A DNA stretch of 64,000 nucleotides. Origin: an uncultured virus (IMG/VR IMGVR_UViG_3300010354_000066) (taxonomy: Duplodnaviria; Heunggongvirae; Uroviricota; Caudoviricetes). This document shows positions 37,302-46,736 of this stretch, piece after piece. Position numbers and translations under genes: made by a program. Below the pieces are notes generated by a model. That model ran no database searches. It was not told the origin of the DNA and worked only from the letters and a program-made list of their open reading frames with translations. The stretch is taken from IMG/VR virus record IMGVR_UViG_3300010354_000066, positions 1 through 64,000 of that record. One strand, given 5' to 3'. Positions within the stretch are counted from its first letter, which is position 1, and every line of letters begins with the position of its first letter.

Positions 37302-39580
37302 TGAGTTTTAATATTAATAATGCAGCTCTATCTGATTCTGTATCTTTTGCAAATACAGTATTTAATGATTATTATCCTGGTGGAAAGTCTCCAGTAAAAA
37401 ATACAAGCGCTTCAAAAGCTGCTCCAGTTTTAGGTAGAACCTTAAGTACCTCAACTATTAGCTCCATGATAAATGGAGATATCTTTAATAGGCATCCAAA
37501 ATACGCAACAAAAGCTTTAAGTATGTCTGTGTCTACTTCACTTAATACACTAATAACTGGTGGAGCATCTGTTGCTAGCGAATCTTTTGATCAACCCGTT
37601 AACAATCCTGAAACACAATATGAAAGTGAAGATAGTATAAAATTAACTGGTGCCGCAGCCTATAATAGAATAATAGCTCAATCTATAGCCGGAAAAAACC
37701 TAGGAGCCTCATTCGTAGATCAGTCCATACAAAATATGCAGCAGATTGAAATTGAAAGAAAACTTGGAGAATCTGCAGCAACTGGCGATAGTGGAAATAA
37801 CTCTAAAAACGGAAATGCAGGTCAGCCAAGTGCAGAAATGCAAAGCGCTGGAAAAAGAAATGTTGCATATATATCAGAATTGTCAGCAGAAGAAAACGCC
37901 TGGTTTCAAGAAAGATTAACACTTCTTAGAAGTAAATATGAGTCAGTTATTTCAGACAACGCTAAAATAGGTGGATTTAGATTTGACATTCCAAATGAAT
38001 GGGCGAATGGACCAATAAGAATAGGTAATGGCGAAGATACATTCTTCCCTGACGCAAAAATTCCTAGTGAAGAAAGATTTTTATCAAGTGATGTAATTTT
38101 AGACTCACCTGGTGGCGGAGCAAACGCATATATATGCCCAGCCTTAATAGAATTTTTGTTACTTATGCATGAAAAAAATATATACATAGGTGGTGGCTTA
38201 GATGCTGGAAGAAGTCCGCAAAGATATTATGACAAAGCTGTTGCAGCAGGAAAAGACAGGACATTTTTAAGCGATCATGTTTTTGGTAGAGCAATAGATA
38301 TTAAGCGGGTTGGAAAAATAAATGGAGAAATAATAGAGCTATCTACTATTCCGCCAAAAGAAACCTATGATAAGGCTGTTCAAATATTAATTGAAGCTTT
38401 GGCTGAGGTTCCCCAATACCTATTGCCAGATCTGGTTGTTGTTAGTAGTGATTTAATTTCTGATTATGGACTTCTTGATTCTGGCCTCGAACCAATGACA
38501 TCTGCTTTAAAGTTAAATAAACCATATCTAGAGTATATTAACTTTATGGGAGATGCTGACCATAGAAATCATATACACCTTAGTTTTAGCGGTATGAGAT
38601 CTGGTAGATATGTTGGCCCTGGAGGAGCAATGGCAATTGCTGGAACGAATACTGGTACAGGAGCATCAGGAGGGACATCTACGTATGGTACTATAAATGT
38701 GGAAATTCCAGGAATAGGCGTTGTTCCATATAATCCAACTCCAGAGAATATAAGAAAAAATTATTATGGTGACTGGGGTGCTGAGCTAACTCGTTTAGAT
38801 GTATTTAATATGTTAAGGACAACAGCTTTCTCCGATGAAGTAGCTGCTATATTTGCTGGAATTATAGTTAGAGAAAGTAATGGCCACCCAACATCATGCA
38901 ATCCAAATGCACTTAGTGGAGACTTTATGTCTTTAGGTATTTTTCAAATAAACATGGGAGTTGGTGGTTATAGAAAAAATAGACAAGGTGAAGTTAGCAC
39001 CAGCGCCTCATCTGGAGCAGCTCATGGAAAAAAAACATATGAATTAACAGATTCTAATGGTAAAGAACTTCTTCAAGGTTGGCAAATTGCAATTAAAAAC
39101 TGGGACACTGTTTTTCCTGGAGAAACAAAACCAACCATAGATAACTACAATAGAGTTATGACAGAAAAATATGAAACACTAAGATTTTATACAGGAAGTT
39201 ACAATGCAACTGTAGAGATCATGAGAGAGTTGGTTGATCATAGATTTTGGATACCGATTAATCAGGCATGGGCTTTATATACATTTAGAACTGGACAGCC
39301 TCCTCAGTTTGGCCTACAGAGATTGGGAACCCAACCTTCTAATGGTTATCAATTTGGGGCATGGGGAGACTATAGGGGGAAGCAACCTTATGGATGGATA
39401 AGCGGTGTACAGTTTGTGCATTGTGTAGAGGTTTATAAAACTATAGGAAAAACAGAAAATGATCTTAAAGAATGGGTCAAAGCCGTTTATCGTGATGACC
39501 CAGCTACATTTGGAGATACAGTTTGGTCTAGGCCATACATTGATCAATGGCTGAATGGTCAATTGTTTACTAATCCGTAA
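37301..39580 (+). CDS. Virion peptidoglycan hydrolase: zinc peptidase (M15/LAS-like) plus lytic transglycosylase (SLT-like)
   Basis: SDHVFGRAIDI (H-x6-D) and HRNHIHLSF (HxH) give a zinc-ligand pattern. AGIIVRES and SLGIFQINM are lysozyme-like motifs. Confidence 0.75.
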   Translation: MSFNINNAALSDSVSFANTVFNDYYPGGKSPVKNTSASKAAPVLGRTLSTSTISSMINGDIFNRHPKYATKALSMSVSTSLNTLITGGASVASESFDQPVNNPETQYESEDSIKLTGAAAYNRIIAQSIAGKNLGASFVDQSIQNMQQIEIERKLGESAATGDSGNNSKNGNAGQPSAEMQSAGKRNVAYISELSAEENAWFQERLTLLRSKYESVISDNAKIGGFRFDIPNEWANGPIRIGNGEDTFFPDAKIPSEERFLSSDVILDSPGGGANAYICPALIEFLLLMHEKNIYIGGGLDAGRSPQRYYDKAVAAGKDRTFLSDHVFGRAIDIKRVGKINGEIIELSTIPPKETYDKAVQILIEALAEVPQYLLPDLVVVSSDLISDYGLLDSGLEPMTSALKLNKPYLEYINFMGDADHRNHIHLSFSGMRSGRYVGPGGAMAIAGTNTGTGASGGTSTYGTINVEIPGIGVVPYNPTPENIRKNYYGDWGAELTRLDVFNMLRTTAFSDEVAAIFAGIIVRESNGHPTSCNPNALSGDFMSLGIFQINMGVGGYRKNRQGEVSTSASSGAAHGKKTYELTDSNGKELLQGWQIAIKNWDTVFPGETKPTIDNYNRVMTEKYETLRFYTGSYNATVEIMRELVDHRFWIPINQAWALYTFRTGQPPQFGLQRLGTQPSNGYQFGAWGDYRGKQPYGWISGVQFVHCVEVYKTIGKTENDLKEWVKAVYRDDPATFGDTVWSRPYIDQWLNGQLFTNP

Positions 39581-39594
39581 TTAAGGAGAAGCAT

Positions 39595-39963
39595 ATGCCA
39601 GTAAATTATCCAAAATTTGACAAAAAAATACAAGACCAAATAACAACAACAGAAATGCAGAAGGCTAGAACAAGGCCTGGTGTTATTATGTCTTATGATA
39701 AAATAACAAATACTGCAATAGTAGTTTTAGAAGATCAGTACTCTGACAGTGTAGGAAATGTAATCAAAAATGTTGCGTGCCCTTATACTAGAGGAGTCCA
39801 ATTTGTTTCTCCAGTTCCTGGAGAAAGATGTTTAGTAGGATTTAGAGATAATAATGAGGCAAAACCTTATATTATAAATATCTATCAAGATCTTGGATCT
39901 AACGCTAACTACAATTATAATTATACTCTTAATACTGGAATACCGAAATTTATGGTGTACTGA
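39595..39963 (+). CDS. Baseplate spike N-terminal OB-fold protein (gpV/gp5-like)
   Basis: RPGVIMSYD...AIV...IKNV.CP...P.PGERCLVGF...PYII is the spike OB-fold pattern. AAGGAG RBS. Confidence 0.7.
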   Translation: MPVNYPKFDKKIQDQITTTEMQKARTRPGVIMSYDKITNTAIVVLEDQYSDSVGNVIKNVACPYTRGVQFVSPVPGERCLVGFRDNNEAKPYIINIYQDLGSNANYNYNYTLNTGIPKFMVY

Positions 39964-40610
39964 TGACTAAAGACTCTATAGATAGAATAAATTATCAGCA
40001 AAAAACCTACCCAGTTTCTTCTGAAATAAAAAAAAGAAAAGAATTCTCTGACAGAGAAGTGGGATTGACTCATCCAGATTTAAGTAGCTTTATTCGTCTT
40101 ACGGATGACGGAGACATTGAAATATTTGCAGCTCCTGGAATTGGAATAATAATCAGTGCAAAAGGAAAGTCAATATCATTATTTGCAGACTCTATCAAAA
40201 TGTTTACAAAAGAAGACGGATTGAGATGGAATAGTTTTAATTTTAACTACTCTGCCTCTACATATGTGGAGCCTACTTTAGTTAAATTAAATAACAAACT
40301 TATCCATTCATCCCAAAATGGAGTAACACATTATCTTCAAGCTATTATTGAAAATGAACAAGAACAAAGCCAAACTCCCATTACTATTACTGGTGACTAT
40401 AGATTATCTTCAGACAATCAAACAGTTCCTACACAGGATTATATATCCAAATATAGCACTGATGGTTTGACAGAAGAGCAAATAAAACTTATAGAGGCTT
40501 ATAGAACAGACTATTCCCCAGAACATATTCTACGAGTAGTCGATTTAATAAAAACAGGCCTTACTTTTGAGGAGGCACACATCACCGCTTTAAGGGAAAG
40601 TAATGAGTGA
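39963..40610 (+). CDS. Probable spike-associated beta-strand-repeat protein
   Basis: SFIRLTDDGDIEIFAAPGIGIIISAKGKSISLFADSIKM resembles the gpV/gp5 beta-helix. Located between OB-fold and wedge genes. Confidence 0.5.
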   Translation: MTKDSIDRINYQQKTYPVSSEIKKRKEFSDREVGLTHPDLSSFIRLTDDGDIEIFAAPGIGIIISAKGKSISLFADSIKMFTKEDGLRWNSFNFNYSASTYVEPTLVKLNNKLIHSSQNGVTHYLQAIIENEQEQSQTPITITGDYRLSSDNQTVPTQDYISKYSTDGLTEEQIKLIEAYRTDYSPEHILRVVDLIKTGLTFEEAHITALRESNE

Positions 40611-40983
40611 TTTATATTTTACTTTAGATGGAGATATTGTTATATCTGGATTAAAAGATATAGCGTTAGCTCCTTCATCTATGCATGAAGACATTCAGCA
40701 AATATACTTAAGGATGATGACAGAGCCAGGAGATTTTTATATATATCCACAGTTAGGAATAGACTTATCCAGGCTATACGGAATGCCACAGTCTAGAGAA
40801 ACGGCAGAGTTTGGCAAAGCTCTAATTAGAGCTGGGATACAGAGGGAAGGTCTTTTTAAGGGAAGAAATATTCAAATAAAAGCAGTTCCAACAAGTCCAG
40901 ATACAATAAGATTTGATATACACATCATATCCGATATAGATGAACCAATCATGCTATCTGTCAGTCAAAATTTAGGAGATTAA
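40603..40983 (+). CDS. Baseplate wedge/sheath initiator (gp25/W-like)
   Basis: DL.FT.DGDI...DI...QQIYLRMMTEPGDF..YPQLG.DL pattern; directly before the J-like gene. Confidence 0.75.
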   Translation: MSDLYFTLDGDIVISGLKDIALAPSSMHEDIQQIYLRMMTEPGDFYIYPQLGIDLSRLYGMPQSRETAEFGKALIRAGIQREGLFKGRNIQIKAVPTSPDTIRFDIHIISDIDEPIMLSVSQNLGD

Positions 40984-40984
40984 A

Positions 40985-42154
40985 ATGACTGTATACGGTA
41001 TTAAAAATAAGTCTGATATTTTAGTAAATGTACTAAACTCACTCCAGAAAGACGCAGGAATTACTGCGATATATCCAGGGTCGATAGCTAGGGCGTTTGC
41101 TGAGGCGTTTACTTCTGAAATATCTGACCTTTATGAGTCTCTTAGATTTAATATTAATCAAAATAACTTACTGACAGCTTCTGGAAAAAATTTAGACCTT
41201 ATTGGCGATCTTTATGGGATACAAAGAAAAACTATAACAGATTATTCCGCAGAAGATAGACAGTCTTTCAATATAGAATTTTTTATAAATAAAGCTCACA
41301 GCTCTGATGTACTAATTCCTAGCGGAACACTTGTTTACAATGATGTTAGCAACTTTGTTACAAAACAGTATTCATTTAAGCTAGTTGGAGACGTCACTAT
41401 CGCCAGGGGAAATCTAAAAGCTTATGGTAGAGTAGAGCCAAATTTCACTGACAATGCCTACGTTGCACCAGTTAATTCGCTAACTAAACATAGCTTTTTT
41501 TCTCCAGCTGGAGTAATACTGTTTTGTAATAATCCAAAAGAAGTTTATTCAAATGTAAATTCAGAGTCAGATTCTAATTATAGAAGAAGAATAGTAGCAT
41601 CTATAAAGTCTAAGGCTGTTGGAACAGTTGAGTCCGTACGCTTCGCAGCCTTGTCTGTTAGAGGTGTTAGGGATGTAAAAATTAGAGAAGGATCTTATGG
41701 GGTTGGTTCTTGTGACATTATTGTTGTTCCTGAAAATTCTTCAGCCTTATCAAATTTACCTCAAAACATCATACTTGCAACTTCACAAGTAAAACCAGTT
41801 GGTGTTAAATTTAATGTAAGAATAGCCGAAAAAGTTGGGATAGGATTGTCTTATACAATAAGAATTCCTATGGGAGTAAACGAAACATTGGCAGCTGGTA
41901 TACGAAATCAATCTGTGCTATTCGTTAAAAGGTATTTAAATTCTCTATCTGTTGGAGAAACTCTCTCCGTTGGTGAGTTAGAGCGTCAAATAAAGACAGC
42001 TTCCGACTACATTAGGGGTGTAGTAATAACTGCAATGACAGCTGATGGAAGAGAAATTCCTTTGACAGATTATACTCCAGATGGTGTTAAAAAATACTTA
42101 GCAGCTGGAACTATAACGGTAAATTCTGTTATAATGGGTACTTCAGTTTATTAA
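40985..42154 (+). CDS. Baseplate J-like wedge protein (gp6/gp47-like)
   Basis: PGSIARA, TASGKNLDLIG..YGIQRK, IPSGTLV, ESDSNYRRRI, GT...AALSVRGV.DV, KPVGV, YLNSLSVGE. Confidence 0.85.
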   Translation: MTVYGIKNKSDILVNVLNSLQKDAGITAIYPGSIARAFAEAFTSEISDLYESLRFNINQNNLLTASGKNLDLIGDLYGIQRKTITDYSAEDRQSFNIEFFINKAHSSDVLIPSGTLVYNDVSNFVTKQYSFKLVGDVTIARGNLKAYGRVEPNFTDNAYVAPVNSLTKHSFFSPAGVILFCNNPKEVYSNVNSESDSNYRRRIVASIKSKAVGTVESVRFAALSVRGVRDVKIREGSYGVGSCDIIVVPENSSALSNLPQNIILATSQVKPVGVKFNVRIAEKVGIGLSYTIRIPMGVNETLAAGIRNQSVLFVKRYLNSLSVGETLSVGELERQIKTASDYIRGVVITAMTADGREIPLTDYTPDGVKKYLAAGTITVNSVIMGTSVY

Positions 42155-42170
42155 AAATTAAGGTTAATTG

Positions 42171-45100
42171 ATGAAACAATATTTGTTACTTCTGAGAAGT
42201 TCAGATTTTAATAAGTCCAGTAATGTCTGGACCAGTAATCCAATTAACCTGTACCATAATACAGCTTATACCAACTATTCATACACTCGGTCTAGATATG
42301 GCTTAAACCTTATTGGTGACAATATTTATACCGGAATAGAGTTAACCTCCCCCTCTTTCTCGGAAGACCACGCAACACCATTAGTCCAGAACTCTGTTTA
42401 TATGACAGATGCTGGAGAAGTTATATATGATGCTGCAACCCCTGACTTACTCAGGTTCGTAGATACAAGTTCTAGAATAGATATCTTAGCCTATAAGCAT
42501 ACATTTACCAATGTTGCCGGAGACGAAGTCCCAACTTTTAATATTCAAATTTATGAATCAGACGAAGAAAATGGTCCATGGCTTCAGTCTAAAGTTTCCT
42601 TTGATTCTAATGCAATATTTATTAGAAACTCCAAGCCTTGGATTAAAATTGAGTTAGAAATATTTACAGAAACTGGAAATACATCTGACTTAGGTTTGCT
42701 ATTTTATTTAGAGATTGGCATTCACGATATTACGTCTCCTGTAGTATCTCAAAATACTAAAAATATATTAAGAAGATTCCCTACATGGACTTCGCTTTTT
42801 GAAGACTCAGAAGAAGATGCTACACCGAGTACAGCTACTCCAAATTCTTCTGGAGGAAAGTTCCTTTCAGCACTTTTGCAAGATTCTATAGATCAATTTG
42901 TAACTAAAATAGATTTACAAAATATAAATAATTATATAGCAAGCGCGAATGAGGAAATATTAACCTGGGTTTATGTTTCGTATAATATTCCTGTCAATGT
43001 AATTGGTGTAGTTGGAGATGGCGTAAAGCTATCTGCAGTTCATGATCTTGGTTATTTTTACAACTTAAAACCAACAGATCATGCGTATTTCTATAATCCT
43101 ATAGATAAGCAAATTTTAACCATTAGACAATATGATTCTTTATTGGTTAATGGAATTGCGTTTGATCAATATCCAACAAATGTTTTTAATATTTTTGATG
43201 AGTTTGGAGTCAGAGTCGGTCTACCAAGATTATTCCTTGAAGATAATTCGAGATATAAAAAGAGAATATTAGACGTTTACAGAAATTTACCTGGAGTATA
43301 CAAAGAAGCACTTCAAAGAACCTTAAGACGAGAACTGGACATATGGAAAGCGTATGGAGCTACTCCAGACTCTGACTACGCAGGTGCAACTCCAGAAATT
43401 ATTGAAATTTCAGATATGGAAGTATCAACTCCATATTTTAGTGATTCTGGAATACCTCTTCAAAAATTTAAAGACATAGTATTAGACATAAATAAAAGAT
43501 ATCCCACAAATATTGGATACGTAAGATGGGAAGAGGGAATCTGGGACTACGCTGGAATGGAAAATGAAGGCGTATCTAGAATATCTGCAATATATGATGC
43601 GGCATCTTCTCCATTAACAGATCTATATCAACCTGGTATTGGAGATTTCTCTGATGCAAGACTTATAGTTGAGTCAGTAGAAAAATCTACCATATCTTTT
43701 GACGGCTATGCTGAGATATCCGGTGTATACAGAAGCGCTGACAAAACTTATTATAATCCAATTAAGTTAGATTTTTCTTGGTATCTATCTTACTTGCAAA
43801 CAGCAAGTAGTTATTCAGCAGAAAGTATAGATGGTGGAGTTGGGCTTACCTATGAGATAACAACCAAAGCGCATGCAAATTACGCCACTCCATCGACATT
43901 CTATGCAAATCTTAACTATTTGAATAGAGAAGATTTTTATGTTTACAATAGATATGGACAGGATCATGTATCAAGTCCAGAATTTAATCTTATTAAGATA
44001 TTCACGCAAGAAGGTAATACTTTAAATGATATTGAGTTTAGAGATAAAACATACAATGAAGTATACAACAACCCATCATCCCCTAATTTCTCTTCTATAT
44101 CTATAGAAGATGTATCTCAAGTTAAGATAGTATTTTCTAATGGTGGTTGGGATTATCTAACTCAAGATTATGATACAACTATTGACATTGGCGATTATTG
44201 GGGGGGATTTAATCTATCCACTCCAAACTACTATGTAAATCCTTCTGCTGGAACAGAAACATCTATAGCATCTCCAAATATAACTGCAGATAATGTTAAT
44301 CTTAGAATAGGATCTACCGTATATAATGATGATGTCTTTATTCAAGACACTAACCAAATATCTTCTTATGTGTACTTGAACGAAGGAAATAGTAGGTTTG
44401 AGCAGAGTTTAACAACACCAATTATATATGTAGATGATCTAGTTGATCTAATTATATATCCACCTAACGCTACTCCAGAGTATTTGTATATTAATTCTGC
44501 TGCACCAGTAGGGTTGGCTTACTTTGGCACAGACAATATAATTAACAACACTGCTGGTGGTGCTGTTGTTGATTTTGTAGACAATAATAGATATCTTGTT
44601 CCATCTTCGCCAAATATATTATACTCATTTTATGATGAAAGTGGAGTTCAGCTAACCACTCCGCAGTATTTTGATTCTGCAACAATTAACTTCTCATCTA
44701 CTCCAAGTTATATTAAATTTGAGTCGGCATCTGGAAATTATTATCCTCTATATAGAGAGGAATATTTTTCTTTTTCAGCGCAAACAACACCTCAGTTGTT
44801 CAGTGGATTTATAGATTCTTTAGATAATGTTTATGAAAATGAGGAACAATATTTAGTTTCTTATTTCAACTCAGACACATTTTTAAAGACTATTAATTTA
44901 GATTCAAATAGTTTTAATTTGAACTTGGAATATATATATGATATTAAAGACATTAACTTTCTTTCTGATACAAATGACATTATTGTATACGTAGAAAATA
45001 AGGATCAACTAGTTGAAAACATAAACAACGCTGTAGAAAACTCTGATTCAATAGAAGTCTCTTTGCATGCTAAAAAAGACACAGCTGCACTAATGGCCAA

Positions 45101-46736
45101 GAGAAGAGCAATTCACACTGGCCATCTGTTCTTAAATGAAGATGAATATTACGTTTATTCAGAACCAGTTACAGAGACATTTAATGGTCAATTCTTCTCT
45201 ATAAAGTTGAATTCTACGCCTACCAACGGATCTCCAATTATTGTCAATGTTCATGAAACACAGTATAGAAATATAGTTTTTGAAGATAGCGCAACACCTG
45301 GCAATTTATCCTTTGTAAATACAGAGTCTGTTTATGGGAATTTTGGCAACTCGCTATACTTAGCCTATGAAGATGTATTTAATATTACGGTTGCAGATAA
45401 ATATACTGGCGAAATATTATTCTCAGATTTATCAACCACAACAAACAAGCTAGAGTGCTTCGATCAGTCAACTCCATCAATTATTGGAAGAGAATATGAA
45501 GTAACTTATACAGTTAATCAGGCATGGAGTATAGATAATCGTGTTTACGATTCTGTAAACGATGAATATAATACATATATTTACTTTAGTACAACACCTA
45601 ACTATGAAGAAATATATTCAATTACATATGAATCAGCAATTAATGACAATACTCAGACAATAGATTTAGATGTAAGCCCAGATGTTAACCCCATTGATGA
45701 GGGATATGTTTATGTATCATTAAGTGAATATGATTTCTCTCATACAGAAACATACCTATCTCCAGGGTATATCTCCGACGCATACTCTGACATAATGCAC
45801 CTCTCCATAGTTTCTTATGATGAAAATGATAACATAAAGCCTGGTCAAACTTTTGAAATTTCAGGTAACCTAATATTAGCTACACCAAATTATGTAACAA
45901 CGAATGATAATGGATTAGCAAAAACACTCATAAGATATACAGGTCCTCAGCCAGCCGAGGTAACTTCTTCAACAATTACCATTACTGGTATAGGATCGGC
46001 TACACCAAATGGTGGATCTAATAGCCAGACAGGATCTTACGTTGAAAGTATACCCTTTAATATTAGAAGAACTGAACCAAATAGAGTTTGGATAAAAGCA
46101 GCTCCCACAGATTTTATAATAAATGCCGACGGAGTTAGCTCAATAGGAATATCTGGAAAAATATTGTGGAAAAATGATTCATTTAACCACGAAGTTCAGA
46201 TAGCTTGGAATAAGGCAAGAACCCTAAAGGACCTTTTTGCTGCAACACCAGATTATTTAATTACCTCACAGGCTGATGGTAGTTTTGAAATAGATACTGC
46301 AATGACTTCACAGGAAGTTGGCGCTCCAGGATATTGGTTTGCTAGAGTTAATATAGTTAATGATGAAATTGTTCGAAATCTTTTAGAAGAAGATGGGGAA
46401 ACTGTTGATTCAACAGACGTTACTATAGCTGGAGATGTTATATATTGGTATGAATCCTATGACCCAATTCAATATAGCAATGAATCGGATATCCCGCTTC
46501 CAAACATATATACAGTAAACAAGCAAGACAATTCAGAGCTAATAGCAACTCCTAATTTTGTTTACAACCACACTAATCCATCGGTACTATATTCATTAGA
46601 TACAACACCAAACTGGCAACCCCCAGTATGGACTATGTTAAATAAATATACACAGTATCAGATGGGAATAATGGGAACAACTCCAAATATAGTCGTTGAC
46701 TACTCGCTATTGCATCCGGATCATGAGGAATACTGA
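42171..46736 (+). CDS. Large baseplate wedge protein (gp7/gpI-like motif), rich in Ala-Thr-Pro
   Basis: Follows the J-like gene. FDEFGVRVGLPRL..EDNSRYKKRI is the wedge core motif; Ig-like C-terminal segments (TTNDNGLAK, INADGVSS). ATG at 42171 (TTG at 42168 in frame). Confidence 0.6.
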   Translation: MKQYLLLLRSSDFNKSSNVWTSNPINLYHNTAYTNYSYTRSRYGLNLIGDNIYTGIELTSPSFSEDHATPLVQNSVYMTDAGEVIYDAATPDLLRFVDTSSRIDILAYKHTFTNVAGDEVPTFNIQIYESDEENGPWLQSKVSFDSNAIFIRNSKPWIKIELEIFTETGNTSDLGLLFYLEIGIHDITSPVVSQNTKNILRRFPTWTSLFEDSEEDATPSTATPNSSGGKFLSALLQDSIDQFVTKIDLQNINNYIASANEEILTWVYVSYNIPVNVIGVVGDGVKLSAVHDLGYFYNLKPTDHAYFYNPIDKQILTIRQYDSLLVNGIAFDQYPTNVFNIFDEFGVRVGLPRLFLEDNSRYKKRILDVYRNLPGVYKEALQRTLRRELDIWKAYGATPDSDYAGATPEIIEISDMEVSTPYFSDSGIPLQKFKDIVLDINKRYPTNIGYVRWEEGIWDYAGMENEGVSRISAIYDAASSPLTDLYQPGIGDFSDARLIVESVEKSTISFDGYAEISGVYRSADKTYYNPIKLDFSWYLSYLQTASSYSAESIDGGVGLTYEITTKAHANYATPSTFYANLNYLNREDFYVYNRYGQDHVSSPEFNLIKIFTQEGNTLNDIEFRDKTYNEVYNNPSSPNFSSISIEDVSQVKIVFSNGGWDYLTQDYDTTIDIGDYWGGFNLSTPNYYVNPSAGTETSIASPNITADNVNLRIGSTVYNDDVFIQDTNQISSYVYLNEGNSRFEQSLTTPIIYVDDLVDLIIYPPNATPEYLYINSAAPVGLAYFGTDNIINNTAGGAVVDFVDNNRYLVPSSPNILYSFYDESGVQLTTPQYFDSATINFSSTPSYIKFESASGNYYPLYREEYFSFSAQTTPQLFSGFIDSLDNVYENEEQYLVSYFNSDTFLKTINLDSNSFNLNLEYIYDIKDINFLSDTNDIIVYVENKDQLVENINNAVENSDSIEVSLHAKKDTAALMAKRRAIHTGHLFLNEDEYYVYSEPVTETFNGQFFSIKLNSTPTNGSPIIVNVHETQYRNIVFEDSATPGNLSFVNTESVYGNFGNSLYLAYEDVFNITVADKYTGEILFSDLSTTTNKLECFDQSTPSIIGREYEVTYTVNQAWSIDNRVYDSVNDEYNTYIYFSTTPNYEEIYSITYESAINDNTQTIDLDVSPDVNPIDEGYVYVSLSEYDFSHTETYLSPGYISDAYSDIMHLSIVSYDENDNIKPGQTFEISGNLILATPNYVTTNDNGLAKTLIRYTGPQPAEVTSSTITITGIGSATPNGGSNSQTGSYVESIPFNIRRTEPNRVWIKAAPTDFIINADGVSSIGISGKILWKNDSFNHEVQIAWNKARTLKDLFAATPDYLITSQADGSFEIDTAMTSQEVGAPGYWFARVNIVNDEIVRNLLEEDGETVDSTDVTIAGDVIYWYESYDPIQYSNESDIPLPNIYTVNKQDNSELIATPNFVYNHTNPSVLYSLDTTPNWQPPVWTMLNKYTQYQMGIMGTTPNIVVDYSLLHPDHEEY

